Of a stretch of DNA of 64,000 bases, positions 30,389 through 41,182 are shown in pieces. Source of the stretch: the human T2T-CHM13v2.0 reference genome, Homo sapiens; NCBI RefSeq assembly GCF_009914755.1, contig NC_060931.1; one strand, given 5' to 3'. The translations under genes were made by a program, and so were the position numbers. Position 1 is the stretch's first letter. Each line of letters starts with the position of its first letter. The notes under the pieces are model-generated. The model worked only from the letters and a program-made list of their open reading frames with translations. It was not told the DNA's origin and searched no databases.

Positions 30389-30927
30389 TGATATGGTTTG
30401 GCTCTGTGTCCCCACCCAAATCTCATCTTGTAGCTCCCATAATTCCCATGTGTTGTGGGAGGGACCTGTTGGGAGATAATTGAATCATGGGGGTGGTTTC
30501 CCCCATACCATTCTTATGGTAGTAAGTAAGTCTCATGAGATCTGATGGTTTTATAAGGGGTTTATGCTTTCGCTTCTCTCTCATTCTCTCTTGCTGCAGC
30601 CATGTAACAGGAAGGGTAACATCACACCCCGGGGCCTGTTGTGGGGTGGGGGGAGGGGGGAGGGATAGCATTAGGGGATATACCTAGTGTTAAATGACGA
30701 GTTAATGGGTGCAGCACACCAACATGGCACATGTATACATATGTAACAAACCTGCACGTTGTGCACATGTACCCTAAAACTTAAAGTATATTAAAAAAAA
30801 AAAAAAGAAGTGTCTTTTGCCTTCTGCCATGATTGTGAGGCCTCCCCAGCCATGTGGAACTGTTAGTCTATTTTTCTTCTCCGTGTTAGGTATGTCTTTA
30901 TCAGCAGCGTGAAAACGAACTAATATA
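30389..30927 (+). mobile_element. THE1A/B LTR interrupted by an L1 stub
   Basis: tgatatggtttggctctgtgtcccc ... gaaaacgaactaatata. Confidence 0.88.
30607..30806 (+). mobile_element. L1PA4-like 3' stub (~200 bp)
   Basis: 3'UTR 'gttaaatgacgag...accaacatgg' plus poly(A); no clear long TSD. Confidence 0.88.
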
Positions 30928-32411
30928 CCTGGTAAATATATTTTTTCTTCCTTGTGGTTTTCTTAATACCATCTTCTTTTCTCTAGCTTAGGTTTGGGGC
31001 AGCCAAAAGTTATACATCGATTTTCAACTGCACTAGGGGTTGATCCCCCATGTCGTTCAAAGGTCAACTGTAATTAGTGAAAAAGCAAGCCAGGAACAGA
31101 ACATTGATGGTTGGAATAAAATTAGATCTTGAATTTAGATATTCTGATCCTAAATCCAATGTTCCTTGCAATAATATAACAACGAAAGTTTTAAAATACT
31201 CTTGGGAAAAGGAAGTAACATGAACCAGACTTACACCTGAAACAATTTAAAAAATCAGACAAAATATATGTAACAATTATTTTCAGGCATTGAACATCAC
31301 ATAGGGAAGAACAGTGATCCCTGCGAGAGGAGAAACACAGAAAGTGAGAGAACAAGGAGAGACCAGAATACTAGATGAAAGTGAGAAGGAGAGAAAGGGG
31401 GTGGTAGGGGAGAGAGAGGGGGAGAGAGGAATTTGCAGAGGTTTTCTTTCAAGTCTTCAGTTAAGTACTGATAAATGCATGTGAGGCAGCTACCTGAGGA
31501 GACAGAAGGTTCACTCAAAAGAGTTAGAGGAAACAATTTACAGAGATCACAAAGTGTGGGAATAGTTCTCTGTCTTACTAATAAATAAATTGTAATTTTG
31601 TGATTAGGAGACATTGGGTAGAGTACACAGAAGCATATTGCCTCTCAGCAGTAGAGCAAAATTAGCTATTGAATAAGTCAAACTTGTTCCCATCCGAAAG
31701 AACATGAGAGTAAGCCTCGAAAGGATAAAACTGCTTCCAGATACCTTCAAAATACCACAGAATAAAAATCAAGAATAGTTATAGTAACATTAAAAACATA
31801 CAGGTTACAAAAATGTAAAATTTACAATGTTTGACATCTGATCCAAAGTTGCCAGCATGCAAAAAAGTGGAAAAATATGACCCATAATGAAGAGAAAAAT
31901 CAATCAGTAGAAATAGACACATAAGGAATACAAATAATAGAACTGACAGACATGCATATTAGAACAGTTATACTTATTATGGCATATATATAAGAAAGGA
32001 AAAAAGAGGCTATGCCTGTTTAGTAGAAATATGAATGATATATTGATTCAAATCAAGCTTCTAGAGATAAAAACTACAATGTCAGAGGTAAAAATATAAT
32101 TCATGGGAATGACAGCATATTAGATACTACAGACAAAAAAAGAGTATGAACCGTATGTCAGGAATAGCAAGTATCTAAACAGAAACACAAAAAGAAAAGA
32201 GACTAAAACAAAGCAAAGGCACTAAATCATCATTCAAAAATAAAGCTGAAGTAAGGACTTTTTACTCATACAAAAGCTGAAAGGATTAACTATCATTAAA
32301 CCTACTCTAGAAGAAATGTGGAAGAAAGTTGTTCAGCATAAGGAAAATTATATTAGATGGAAATATGGATCCATATAAAGAAATGAAAGTTGTCAGAAAC
32401 GGTAGATACGT

Positions 32412-33227
32412 GTATGATGGTTAACTCTATGTATCCACTTGACTGGTTCATGGGGTACCCAGATATATAGATAAACATTATTTCTTTGAGAGTATTTCCA
32501 GATGAGATTGGTATTTAAATTGGTGCACTCCATAAGGTAGACCACCGTCCCCACTGTGGAAGAGCATTATCCAATCCGTGAAGTGTCTGAATAGAACAAA
32601 AGGCAGAGGAACAGGGAATTCATCACTCCTATCTGCCTGTTTGAGCTGGGAAGTTGGTCTTCTCCTGCCCTCAGACTGAGACGGCATTGCCTCCCCTGGT
32701 TCTCATGCTTTTGGATTCAGACTGAAGTATGCCACTTGCTTTCCCGGTTCTCTAGCTTGCTGATGGCAGACTGTGGAACTTCTTAGTCTCCACAATTGTG
32801 TAAGTCAATTCTCCATAACAAATCATATATATTCTATTGGAGTCTCTCTCTCTCTTTCATTTATACATACATGGCATATGGATCTGTTGGTCCTATTACA
32901 CTATTATTGTCATACTTATTGATACACACATTATAAACCCATAATCATTATTCTTATTTTAAACAGTTAATTATCTTTATATCATCTTAAAATAAAAATT
33001 TTCTTTTTATACATATTATATTGGTCAGGGTTTTCTGGAAACAAAATCAATAAAATACAGAATCAATATAATCTCTCTCTCATATATAATCTTTCTCATC
33101 TCTCTCATATATGTATATATGAGAGATTATATGGATTATATTGATTCCCATATATATATGAGAGAGAGAGAGATTATATTGATTCTGTATTCTGTTGATT
33201 TTGTTACCAGAAAACCCTGATCAATAT
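32412..33227 (+). mobile_element. MLT2 (ERVL) LTR with an inverted duplication inside its 3' microsatellite
   Basis: 'tgatggttaactctatgtatccacttgactgg' start; 3' end 'gaaaaccctgatcaatata' near 33210-33227. Confidence 0.75.
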
Positions 33228-33373
33228 AATATTTATTAAAAAGAATTTTTTTAAAATTCAAGATGATATAATTGTTTAAAATAAGAATAATAACAATGGA
33301 TTATGGGGTTTATAATGTATGTATCAATAAGTATGATAATAATGGCATAATGGGACCAACAGATCCATATGCC
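32873..33373. repeat. ~500 bp imperfect inverted repeat (arms ~215 bp)
   Basis: ggcatatggatctgttggtcc... is the reverse complement of ...ggaccaacagatccatatgcc; the arms pair along their whole length. Confidence 0.93.
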
Positions 33374-33585
33374 TGCTCTGTAGTAACAGACCAATCACAC
33401 TGAGAAAGCTGGGTTTACAGGAGAGAAAAAGGTTCATCATCACAGGGTACCAAACAAGAAGATGGGAGGAAACATTCAAATCCATTTCCTCGAGGAGTTC
33501 TGAGCTGGAGTTTTTAAGGGGATTGTGGATGATGAGGGGCTGGAAAATTTGGGTTGTTGACTGGAAATTGTGAGAGGGATGACAT

Positions 33586-35239
33586 TGTGTCCGGAATTGG
33601 TGCATTCTTGGTCTCACTGACTTCAAGAATGAAGCCACGGACCCTCGCAGTGAGTGTTACAGTTCTTAAAGGCGGCGTGTCCAGAGTTTGTTCCTTCTGA
33701 TGTTCAGATGTGTTCGGAGTTTTTTCCTTCTGGTGGGTTCGTGGTCTCGCTGGCTCAGGAGTGAAACTGCAGACCTTCCCGGTGAGTGTTACAGCTCATA
33801 AAGGCAGTATAGACCCAAAGAGCAAGCAGTAGCAAGATTTATTGCAAAGAGTGAAAGAACACAGCTTCCATAACGTGCAAGGGGACCCAGCAGGTTACCA
33901 CTGCTGGCTCAGGCAGCCTGCTTTTATTCCTTTGTCTAGCCCCACCCACATCCTGCTGATTGGTCCATTTTACAGAGAGCTGATTGGTCCGTTTTGACAG
34001 GGTGCTGACTGGCATGTTTACAATCCCTGAGCTAGACACAAAAGTTCTCCAAGTCCCCACCAGATTAGCCAGATACAGAGTGTTGATTGGTGTATTTACA
34101 AACCCTGAGCTAGATACAGAGTGCTGATTGGTGCATTTACAATCCTTGAGCTAGATACAGAGTGCCGATTGGTGCATTCACAATCCCTTAGCTAGCCATA
34201 AAGATTCTCCAAGTCCCCACCCGATTAGCTAGACACAGAGTGCTGATTGGTGCATTTACAAACCTTGAGCTAGATACAGAGTGCCAATTGGTGCATTTAC
34301 AATCCCTTAGATTCTCCATTAGATTCCTTAGATTCAATCCCTTAGATTCTCCCTTAGATTCCCTTAGATTCTCACAATACCTTAGATTCTCCCTTAGAAT
34401 CCCATAAAGATTCTCCAAGTCCCCACCAGATTAGCTAGATACAGAGTGCGGATTGGTGCATCCACAAACCCTTGAGCTAGACACAGAGTGCTGATTGGTG
34501 CACTCACAATCCCTTAGCTAGACACAAAGGTTCTCCAAGTCACCAGTAGACTCTGGAGCCCCGCTGGCCTCACCCAGTGGATCTCCCACGGAGGCCGCAG
34601 GTGGAGCTGCCCGCCAGTCCTGCACCCTGCGCCCGCACTCCTCAGCCCTTGGGCGGTGGATGGGACCCAGCACCGTGGAGCAGGAGGTGGTGATCGTCAG
34701 GGAAACCCAGGCCGCGCAGGAGCCTATGGCGAGGGCGGGGCCGCCGGGAGGGTCAGCGATGCGGGGGCGGTGGGGGAGGGAGAATCACGCATGGCGGGCT
34801 GCAGGTCCTGAGCCCTGCCCCGCAGGGAGGCAGCTAAGGCCCGGCGAGAAATCCAGCGCAGCGCTGGTGGGCCAGCACTGCTGGGAGACCCGGCACACCC
34901 TCCGCAGCTGCTGGCCTGGGTGCTAAGCCCCTCACTGCCCGGGGCGGCAGGGCTGGCTGGCTGCTCCGAGTGCGGGGCCGCCAAGCTCACGCCCACTCGG
35001 AACTCTAAGTGGCCCGCAAGCGCCGTGCGCAGCCCCAGTTCCAGCCGGTGCGTCTCCCTCCACACCTCCCCGCAAGTGGAGGGAGCCGGCTCCGGCCTCG
35101 GCCAGCCCAGAGAAGGGCTACCACGGTGCAGCGGCGGGCTGAAGAGCTCCTTAAGTGCAGCCAGAATGGGCGTTGAGGCCTAGGAGGCACCGAGAGCGAG
35201 CAAGGGCTGTGAGGGCTGCCAACACGCTGTCACCTCTCA
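33586..35239 (-). mobile_element. LTR12 (ERV9) solo LTR, LTR12C/D-like
   Basis: Reverse strand TGAGAGGTGACAGCGTG...CCAATTCCGGACACA; TSD acat (33582-33585 / 35240-35243); tandem CCAAT-containing repeats and a GC-rich segment. Confidence 0.95.
33950..34540 (-). promoter_or_regulatory. LTR12 tandem CCAAT (NF-Y)/GATA repeat array
   Basis: Repeated ~41-bp units 'gagctagatacagagtgctgattggtgcatttaca'; activity not shown by sequence. Confidence 0.6.
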
Positions 35240-36202
35240 ACATCATCAGGAATGCATGTGGAAACTGCATTGCTTGGTGAGTCAGCTTCTTGGGACCTTC
35301 AGACCAGCTGGTGTAAGTGGGATCCTTCAGACCAGCTGGTGTCAGTAATTTTTTGGGTAGGTAGGACCTGAAAGAATATCTCAAAGGGAAAATTTAACAT
35401 TTTATAATATTGAAGTTGTTATTTATGGAGCAGTTAAGAGGAATTATAATCTTGTAACAGGGTCTACATAATTACAGGACAATAGGCAAACAACTATGAG
35501 GAAGAGGGTCAGAGAGTAAGCTAACCTAATGATTAATGCTGAATGTGTTGCAAGTTTGATTTGTTTTTATTTTCCCTCTTGCTTCTTCCTTGCTTAAATT
35601 TATAAAGTATATAGGGATGGTTTCAATAGCACCGAGACGGAGAGGGGCATATGGAAGCACAGTCTTAAACGATCTTTTTCAGATAGAGTGGTGTCATATT
35701 ACTTGAACATAGGCTGTGGTAAGTTAAAGTGTGTACTAAAATATTAAAGCAACCACTAGAAAGAGAAACTAAATTGTTTTAGGTAATAAGCCAATTAAGG
35801 AGATTAAATGGACTCCCTAGTAATACTCAAACCAGAAGAGTACATAAATAACAACATATGGGAAAATGATAAAACAAATACCAAGATTATAAATTTAAAT
35901 CTAACCATATATAAGCAAATTAAATGTTTCCTCCCCCAATTAAAAGGCAGAATAACCACACTAGTTAGATTCAAAAGCAAGATCTATGAATATGCTGACT
36001 AAAAGAAACCCGATTTAAATATAAAAACACAAATACATTACTCATACAAGGATGGAAGAAGATTATCATTTTAACACTGATTAAAATGTAGCTATATGAA
36101 TATAAGAAAAAGTGGATTTTTCATGAAAGAATATTACCAGCAATAAGGAGAGTCACTTCATAATGATAAAGGAGTTAATTTTTCAAAAAAGCATAAGCAT
36201 CC

Positions 36203-36634
36203 TGATCAAGTTTGGATGTTGTCCCCTCAAAATCATGTTGAATTGTGATCCTCAGTGTGGGAGATGGGACCTGGTGGGAAGTGATTGGATCATGGGGTCA
36301 GATTTCTCATGAATGGTTTAGCATCTTTCATTTGGTGCTGCCCTCCCAATAGTGAGTGAGTTCTCATAAGCTCTGATTGTTTCTCATAAGCTCTGATTGT
36401 TTAAAAGTGTGTGGCACCTCCTCACCAGTCTCTTATTGCTCCCACTCTCACCATATGAGACACTGGCTCCTCCTTTGCCTTCTACCATAATTGTAAGCTT
36501 CCTGTGGCATCAATGGAAGCCACACCATGCTTCCTGTACAGCCTGCAGAACTATGAACCAATCAAACCTGTTTTCTTTATAAATTATTCAGCTTCAGGTG
36601 TTTCTTTATAGTGATGCAAGAATAGCCTATTATA
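36203..36634 (+). mobile_element. MSTA/MSTB LTR
   Basis: tgatcaagtttggatg...cagcctgcagaactatgaacc...tttctttatag; internal ~20-bp tandem duplication at 36361-36402. Confidence 0.85.
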
Positions 36635-37075
36635 CATCGTGAATGTTTAACTAACAATAGATTTTCAAAATGCATGAAGCAAAAACAGAGAAAGCTCAAA
36701 CAGTATCACTCTATTTTACTTGACATTTATAAGGTACTTTCCCCAACAATGACATATATTCAATTTCAGATGAAACATTTATCAGGGTAGTCAAGTTTTG
36801 GACCACAGAATAAATCTTAATAAATTCTAGAAGGGCTCAATTTATACAAAATATATGTTCAGATCTTAATGGAATAAAATTCAAAATAAATAATAAAAAG
36901 ATAGCTGAAAAAGTGCAAATATGTGAAAACTAAGTGGCACAAGTCTAAGCAATTCATGGGCCAAAGAAGAAATCAAAAGGAAAAACTTAAAATCGCTTTG
37001 AACTTAATGAAAATGAGAACAGAAGCTATCAAAAAGTATCATTTGCAGCTAAGGCAGTGCTTATATTGCAATTTC

Positions 37076-37264
37076 CACACAGGGGCCTGTTGTGAGGTGG
37101 GGGGAGGGGGAGATAGCATTAGGAGATATACCTAATGTAAATGACAAGTTAATGGGTGCAGCACACCAACATGGCACATGTATACATAGGCAACAAAGCT
37201 GCACGTTGTGCACATGTACCCTAGAACTTAAAGTATAATAAAAAAATAAAAAATGAAAAATAAA
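37076..37264 (+). mobile_element. L1PA5-like 3' stub
   Basis: 'cctaatgtaaatgac...ccctagaacttaaagtataata' plus A-rich tail. Confidence 0.88.
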
Positions 37265-38541
37265 TATATAAAGTCAGAAAAGGACTGAAATTAATGATCT
37301 CAACTCCACTTTAAAAAAATTAGAAAAAGAAAGGCAAATTAAAACCCCAAATAAGCAGAAGAAAGACAAGAACAGATATAAGAAATTAGAAAAACAATAC
37401 AAATACTTAAAGACTAAATGAAGTTCTTTGAAAAGAAACCTCTAGCCAAGTTGATTTGGGGAGGAGGGAAGACACGAAACTAATTTCCAGTATCAGGAAT
37501 GGGAGGAGAGAAATTAGTACAGAGCCTATAGAGTTTAATAGGCTAATAAGGAATATTGTGGGTAGCTTTATACTAATGTATTACAAATAGAAGAAGTATA
37601 AAAATGTCTTGAAAGATACAAATTGCTAAAGCTTCCTCAAAATAATACATAAAATAGATAACTTTATAGTGCTTTTCCTACTAAACAAATTGAATCTGTA
37701 AACAAAGAAAATTCCAGGTAAAAGCAGCTTTAGGGGTGACTTCTGTCAAACATTTAAAGATGAAGCCTATAATATGTTAGCAAATAACTCAATAAGAAAA
37801 TTGGAAAAATATGAATAGACATTTAACCATAAAAGATACACAAATTCAAGATAAGCACATTAAAAGATGAGCAGTATCAGTAGCCAGCAGGGAAATGCAA
37901 ATTAAAACAACAATGAGATATAATTACATACTCACTAGAATGGCTAAAATTAGAAATCTGACCAGAAAAATTTGGGCAAGGACGTGGAACCACTTGTCCT
38001 TTTATATCCTGTTACTGAGAATGTAGAAAGGCACAACCATCTTAGAAAACATTTACACACATACTAATAACATGACTTGGCCATGCCACTCCTAGGTACT
38101 TAAGCCGGGAGTAATAAAAGCATGTTTCCACATAAAGATATGTACACAAATGTTCATAAAAATTTTATTTGTACTAGCCTTAATCTGAAAGCAACCCAAA
38201 TGCTCATCAATAGATGAATGATTAAATAAATTGTTATATTCTTGTAATGGTATACGAGTCAGCCACAATACATAATTTACTTTGTTTATATGCAACAACA
38301 TCAATGAATCTCAAAATAATTTTTCTGAAATAAGCCAGATAAAAAAGAAGATATACTCTATGATTTCATGTATATAAAATTCTACATAATTTAAAGTAAT
38401 CTATAGAGACAAAAAACAGATTCGAGATTCCCTGGGGATGGTGGTGAGGAGTAAAGAGGGAGGATGAGTGATTTCAAAGGTATACACGTAAACTTTTGGG
38501 GGTAATAAATATTTTTGTTACTTTGTTGTGATGGTTTTGTT

Positions 38542-38575
38542 GTGTGTGTGTGTGTGTGCGTGTGTGTGTGTGTGT
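38542..38575. repeat. (TG)n microsatellite
   Basis: Direct observation. Confidence 0.95.
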
Positions 38576-38603
38576 AAAAACTGATTTTAAAAAGCATGCA
38601 ATA

Positions 38604-38981
<378 letters not shown>

Positions 38982-39322
38982 TTAGAAAGGTTAATAATAC
39001 ATTTCTGAACTAATGGCTGAAGAATGAACACTATACGACTTAAATTGACACGAGACATAAAATGTTACTTATCTTACATGATATTTGCACTTGCCAAACT
39101 GAGAGTGACTCAAATGTCCATAAATAGGTGAAAGATTAAACAATGTATGGCATATTTTTACAATGGTATACTACATCGCTGTAATAAAGAATTAACATTG
39201 GTTAAATGTAACAACATGGAATGAATCTCATCATTATGACTACCATCCCCAAATGCATAAGAACATTTGAGTAACAGGGTTTTCAAAAATAGTGAATATT
39301 TTAATGATGGTATTTTTGCCAG

Positions 39323-39418
39323 CCTGCTTCCCATGAAAAGGATGCATTCAATGACATCCCAACAGAAAAAGCTAAACAACCTCTGATTATATCGGAGTGG
39401 AATCTTAAATATTATTCA
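39323..39418 (+). other. Candidate 96-nt exon (open in frame 0)
   Basis: Acceptor tatttttgccag; PASHEKDAFNDIPTEKAKQPLIISEWNLKYYS; weak donor TCA|gtataa. Confidence 0.3.
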
Positions 39419-40178
39419 GTATAAGTTGGAGTGATTTTAGTGTTTGCATTACTAGAATTGTCTTGTTATATTTAAAGTGAAGAGGATTTTTAAAGTTCAA
39501 TTCAGTACTGAAAGTTTAAGTGAAATTGATGAGTAGTAATCTGACTAATTTGCCACCAAGTTATTTTGAGAATATATGGTAACTTTTACTATAAGATATA
39601 TCTTAATTATAGGATACTTGAGGTTATTTTAACATATAAAATAGACTAAAAGAAATAATTTTGTGTTTACCTTCATTTTGAGAGGCTGCGACCTATGTAT
39701 TTGCTTATCTCTGTGTTTTAATATCTTACCAGTGATATGAGTACATAATAACACCAAGATTTTGCAGCTTTAGAAACATTATTATCATTTCAGGCCTAGT
39801 TTTAATCACAAATACTTGAGGACAAATTTTGTATCTAGAAGTGTAGCTTTTCCTTTGTTCTTCATTTCCAGAATTGTCTTGGCTACATTTAGATTCTTGT
39901 TATTACACAGGATCTCTTGAATTCATTTTTCTAAATACATGAAAAGTACTATTGAGATTTTCCTTTAATTCATTAACAGGTAAAATTTTTATCATGCTTT
40001 TGAGTATTCCCATTCACTAACTTATTATATTTCATCATTTATTCATGTTCCTTTAATGTCCTTCAATACAATTTTGTATTTCTTTCATATAGCCCTTGCA
40101 CATTTGTTGCTGCTGTCATTGAAATTATTTCCTGTTTCTTTTCCTGTGTGTTTCCAGTTAGAGTAAGTGTTAAGATAC

Positions 40179-40334
40179 GGGGAGGGGGGAGGGATAGCAT
40201 TGGGAGATATACCTAATGCTAGATGACACATTAGTGGGTGCAGCGCACCAGCATGGCACATGTATACATATGTAACTAACCTGCACAATGTGCACATGTA
40301 CCCTAAAACTTAGAGTATAATAAAAAAAAAAAAA
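40179..40334 (+). mobile_element. L1HS-Ta 3' stub (~156 bp)
   Basis: Ta diagnostics 'gatgacACAttag' and 'cttaGagtataa'; pure poly(A); TSD aagatac (40172-40178 / 40335-40341). Confidence 0.93.
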
Positions 40335-40482
40335 AAGATACATTCCTAAGTGAGATTTGCAGGAAGGAATTAAAGTATCAGCCTTTTTGTAACATACACC
40401 TGTTGCATTTTACCTGCTACCTCACATAATGGGGCATTTGCCTGTCCTGCAAATGCGCCACTTACCCTGGATCTTTTTGCAG

Positions 40483-40602
40483 CATTTTCGCCACCTGATC
40501 CAGAGGTGCATTCAGTTCCGTCCTGATGGACACCGGCTTCTTCTGCAAAGAAGCTTCTATTTTCCTGGCTTTGAATTGAAAGGCTGGATTAGAGATTTCA
40601 AA
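40483..40602 (+). other. Candidate 120-nt exon (open in frame 0)
   Basis: Acceptor atctttttgcag, donor AAA|gttagt, CpG-retaining body. Confidence 0.3.
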
Positions 40603-40762
40603 GTTAGTTTCTATATCTAAAAATTAATAATGATTTTATCTTAATACTCTCATGTAAAATATTACTCATTTATAATTACATAATTTATTATGCAGTTAAT
40701 GTGGCCACTAAAGTAAATATTATAAATGATCTAACTCTGCCATGTTAGCTTTCAGATGTCCC
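40554..40762 (+). repeat. Copy 1 of a ~210 bp local duplication (copy 2 at 42580-42784)
   Basis: Colinear match cttctat...tgaattgaaag.ctggattaga...taatttattatgca.ttaat...tttcagatg.ccc. Confidence 0.85.
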
Positions 40763-40863
40763 CTACCCTCCAGATCACAGGCGTCAAGACTGAGACACAG
40801 GTTTTAGTCCATCCTTATGGGTTCCGGCTTATGTTGTGGTTTCAGGTTGTCCTTGCTGTCCTT

Positions 40864-40955
40864 TACTTATATCCATTTTCTCTTTCCAAAACTTTTCTTA
40901 TAGACTTTAAGCCCCAGTATCAGACTCTGAATTTACACACACAATTTTATACCTC

Positions 40956-40986
<31 letters not shown>

Positions 40987-41182
40987 CTAATCTATCTATC
41001 TATCATCTATCTATCATCTATCAGTCTAGGCTTCAGCCATCTACTTATATCCATTTTCCCTTTCCAAAACTTTTCTTGTAGACTTTAAGTCCCAGTATCA
41101 GACCCTGAATTTACACACACAATTTTATAACTCTGTCTATTCTATCTATCTATCAGTCATCTATCTGTCTAGGCTTCAGCCA
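40864..41182 (+). repeat. Tandem duplication (40864-41039, 41042-41182), each copy with a (TCTA)n STR
   Basis: tacttatatccattttc...gtctaggcttcagcca occurs twice. Confidence 0.92.

Larger units (their letters stand above)
30210..31070. mobile_element. Tigger2a/MER28-like DNA transposon containing nested THE1 and L1
   Basis: TIRs cagctgacccttgaacaaca / tgtcgttcaaaggtcaactg; TA TSD (30208-30209 / 31071-31072). Confidence 0.88.
33350..35625 (-). mobile_element. Older solo LTR (LTR47/LTR26-like) split by LTR12
   Basis: Reverse strand starts TGAAACCATCCCTATA; pieces at 33350-33585 and 35240-35625. Confidence 0.6.
31170..38540 (+). mobile_element. Fragmented old L1M (5'/ORF1 through ORF2 and 3' end) hosting several later insertions
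   Basis: A-rich degraded L1 segments on both sides of the MLT2, LTR, MST and L1PA insertions; may be more than one element. Confidence 0.55.

Noticed and set aside
33950-34540. Regularly spaced ~41-bp repeats resembling a CRISPR array
   Set aside because: No unique spacers; these are the standard ERV9/LTR12 tandem repeats in human DNA.
34660-35190. GC-rich overlapping ORFs and a CpG-island-like region
   Set aside because: Entirely within the LTR12; not a host gene.
39668-39770. Two tiny minus-strand exon-like segments
   Set aside because: The implied intron is only ~40 nt, too short for human splicing, and the acceptors are weak.
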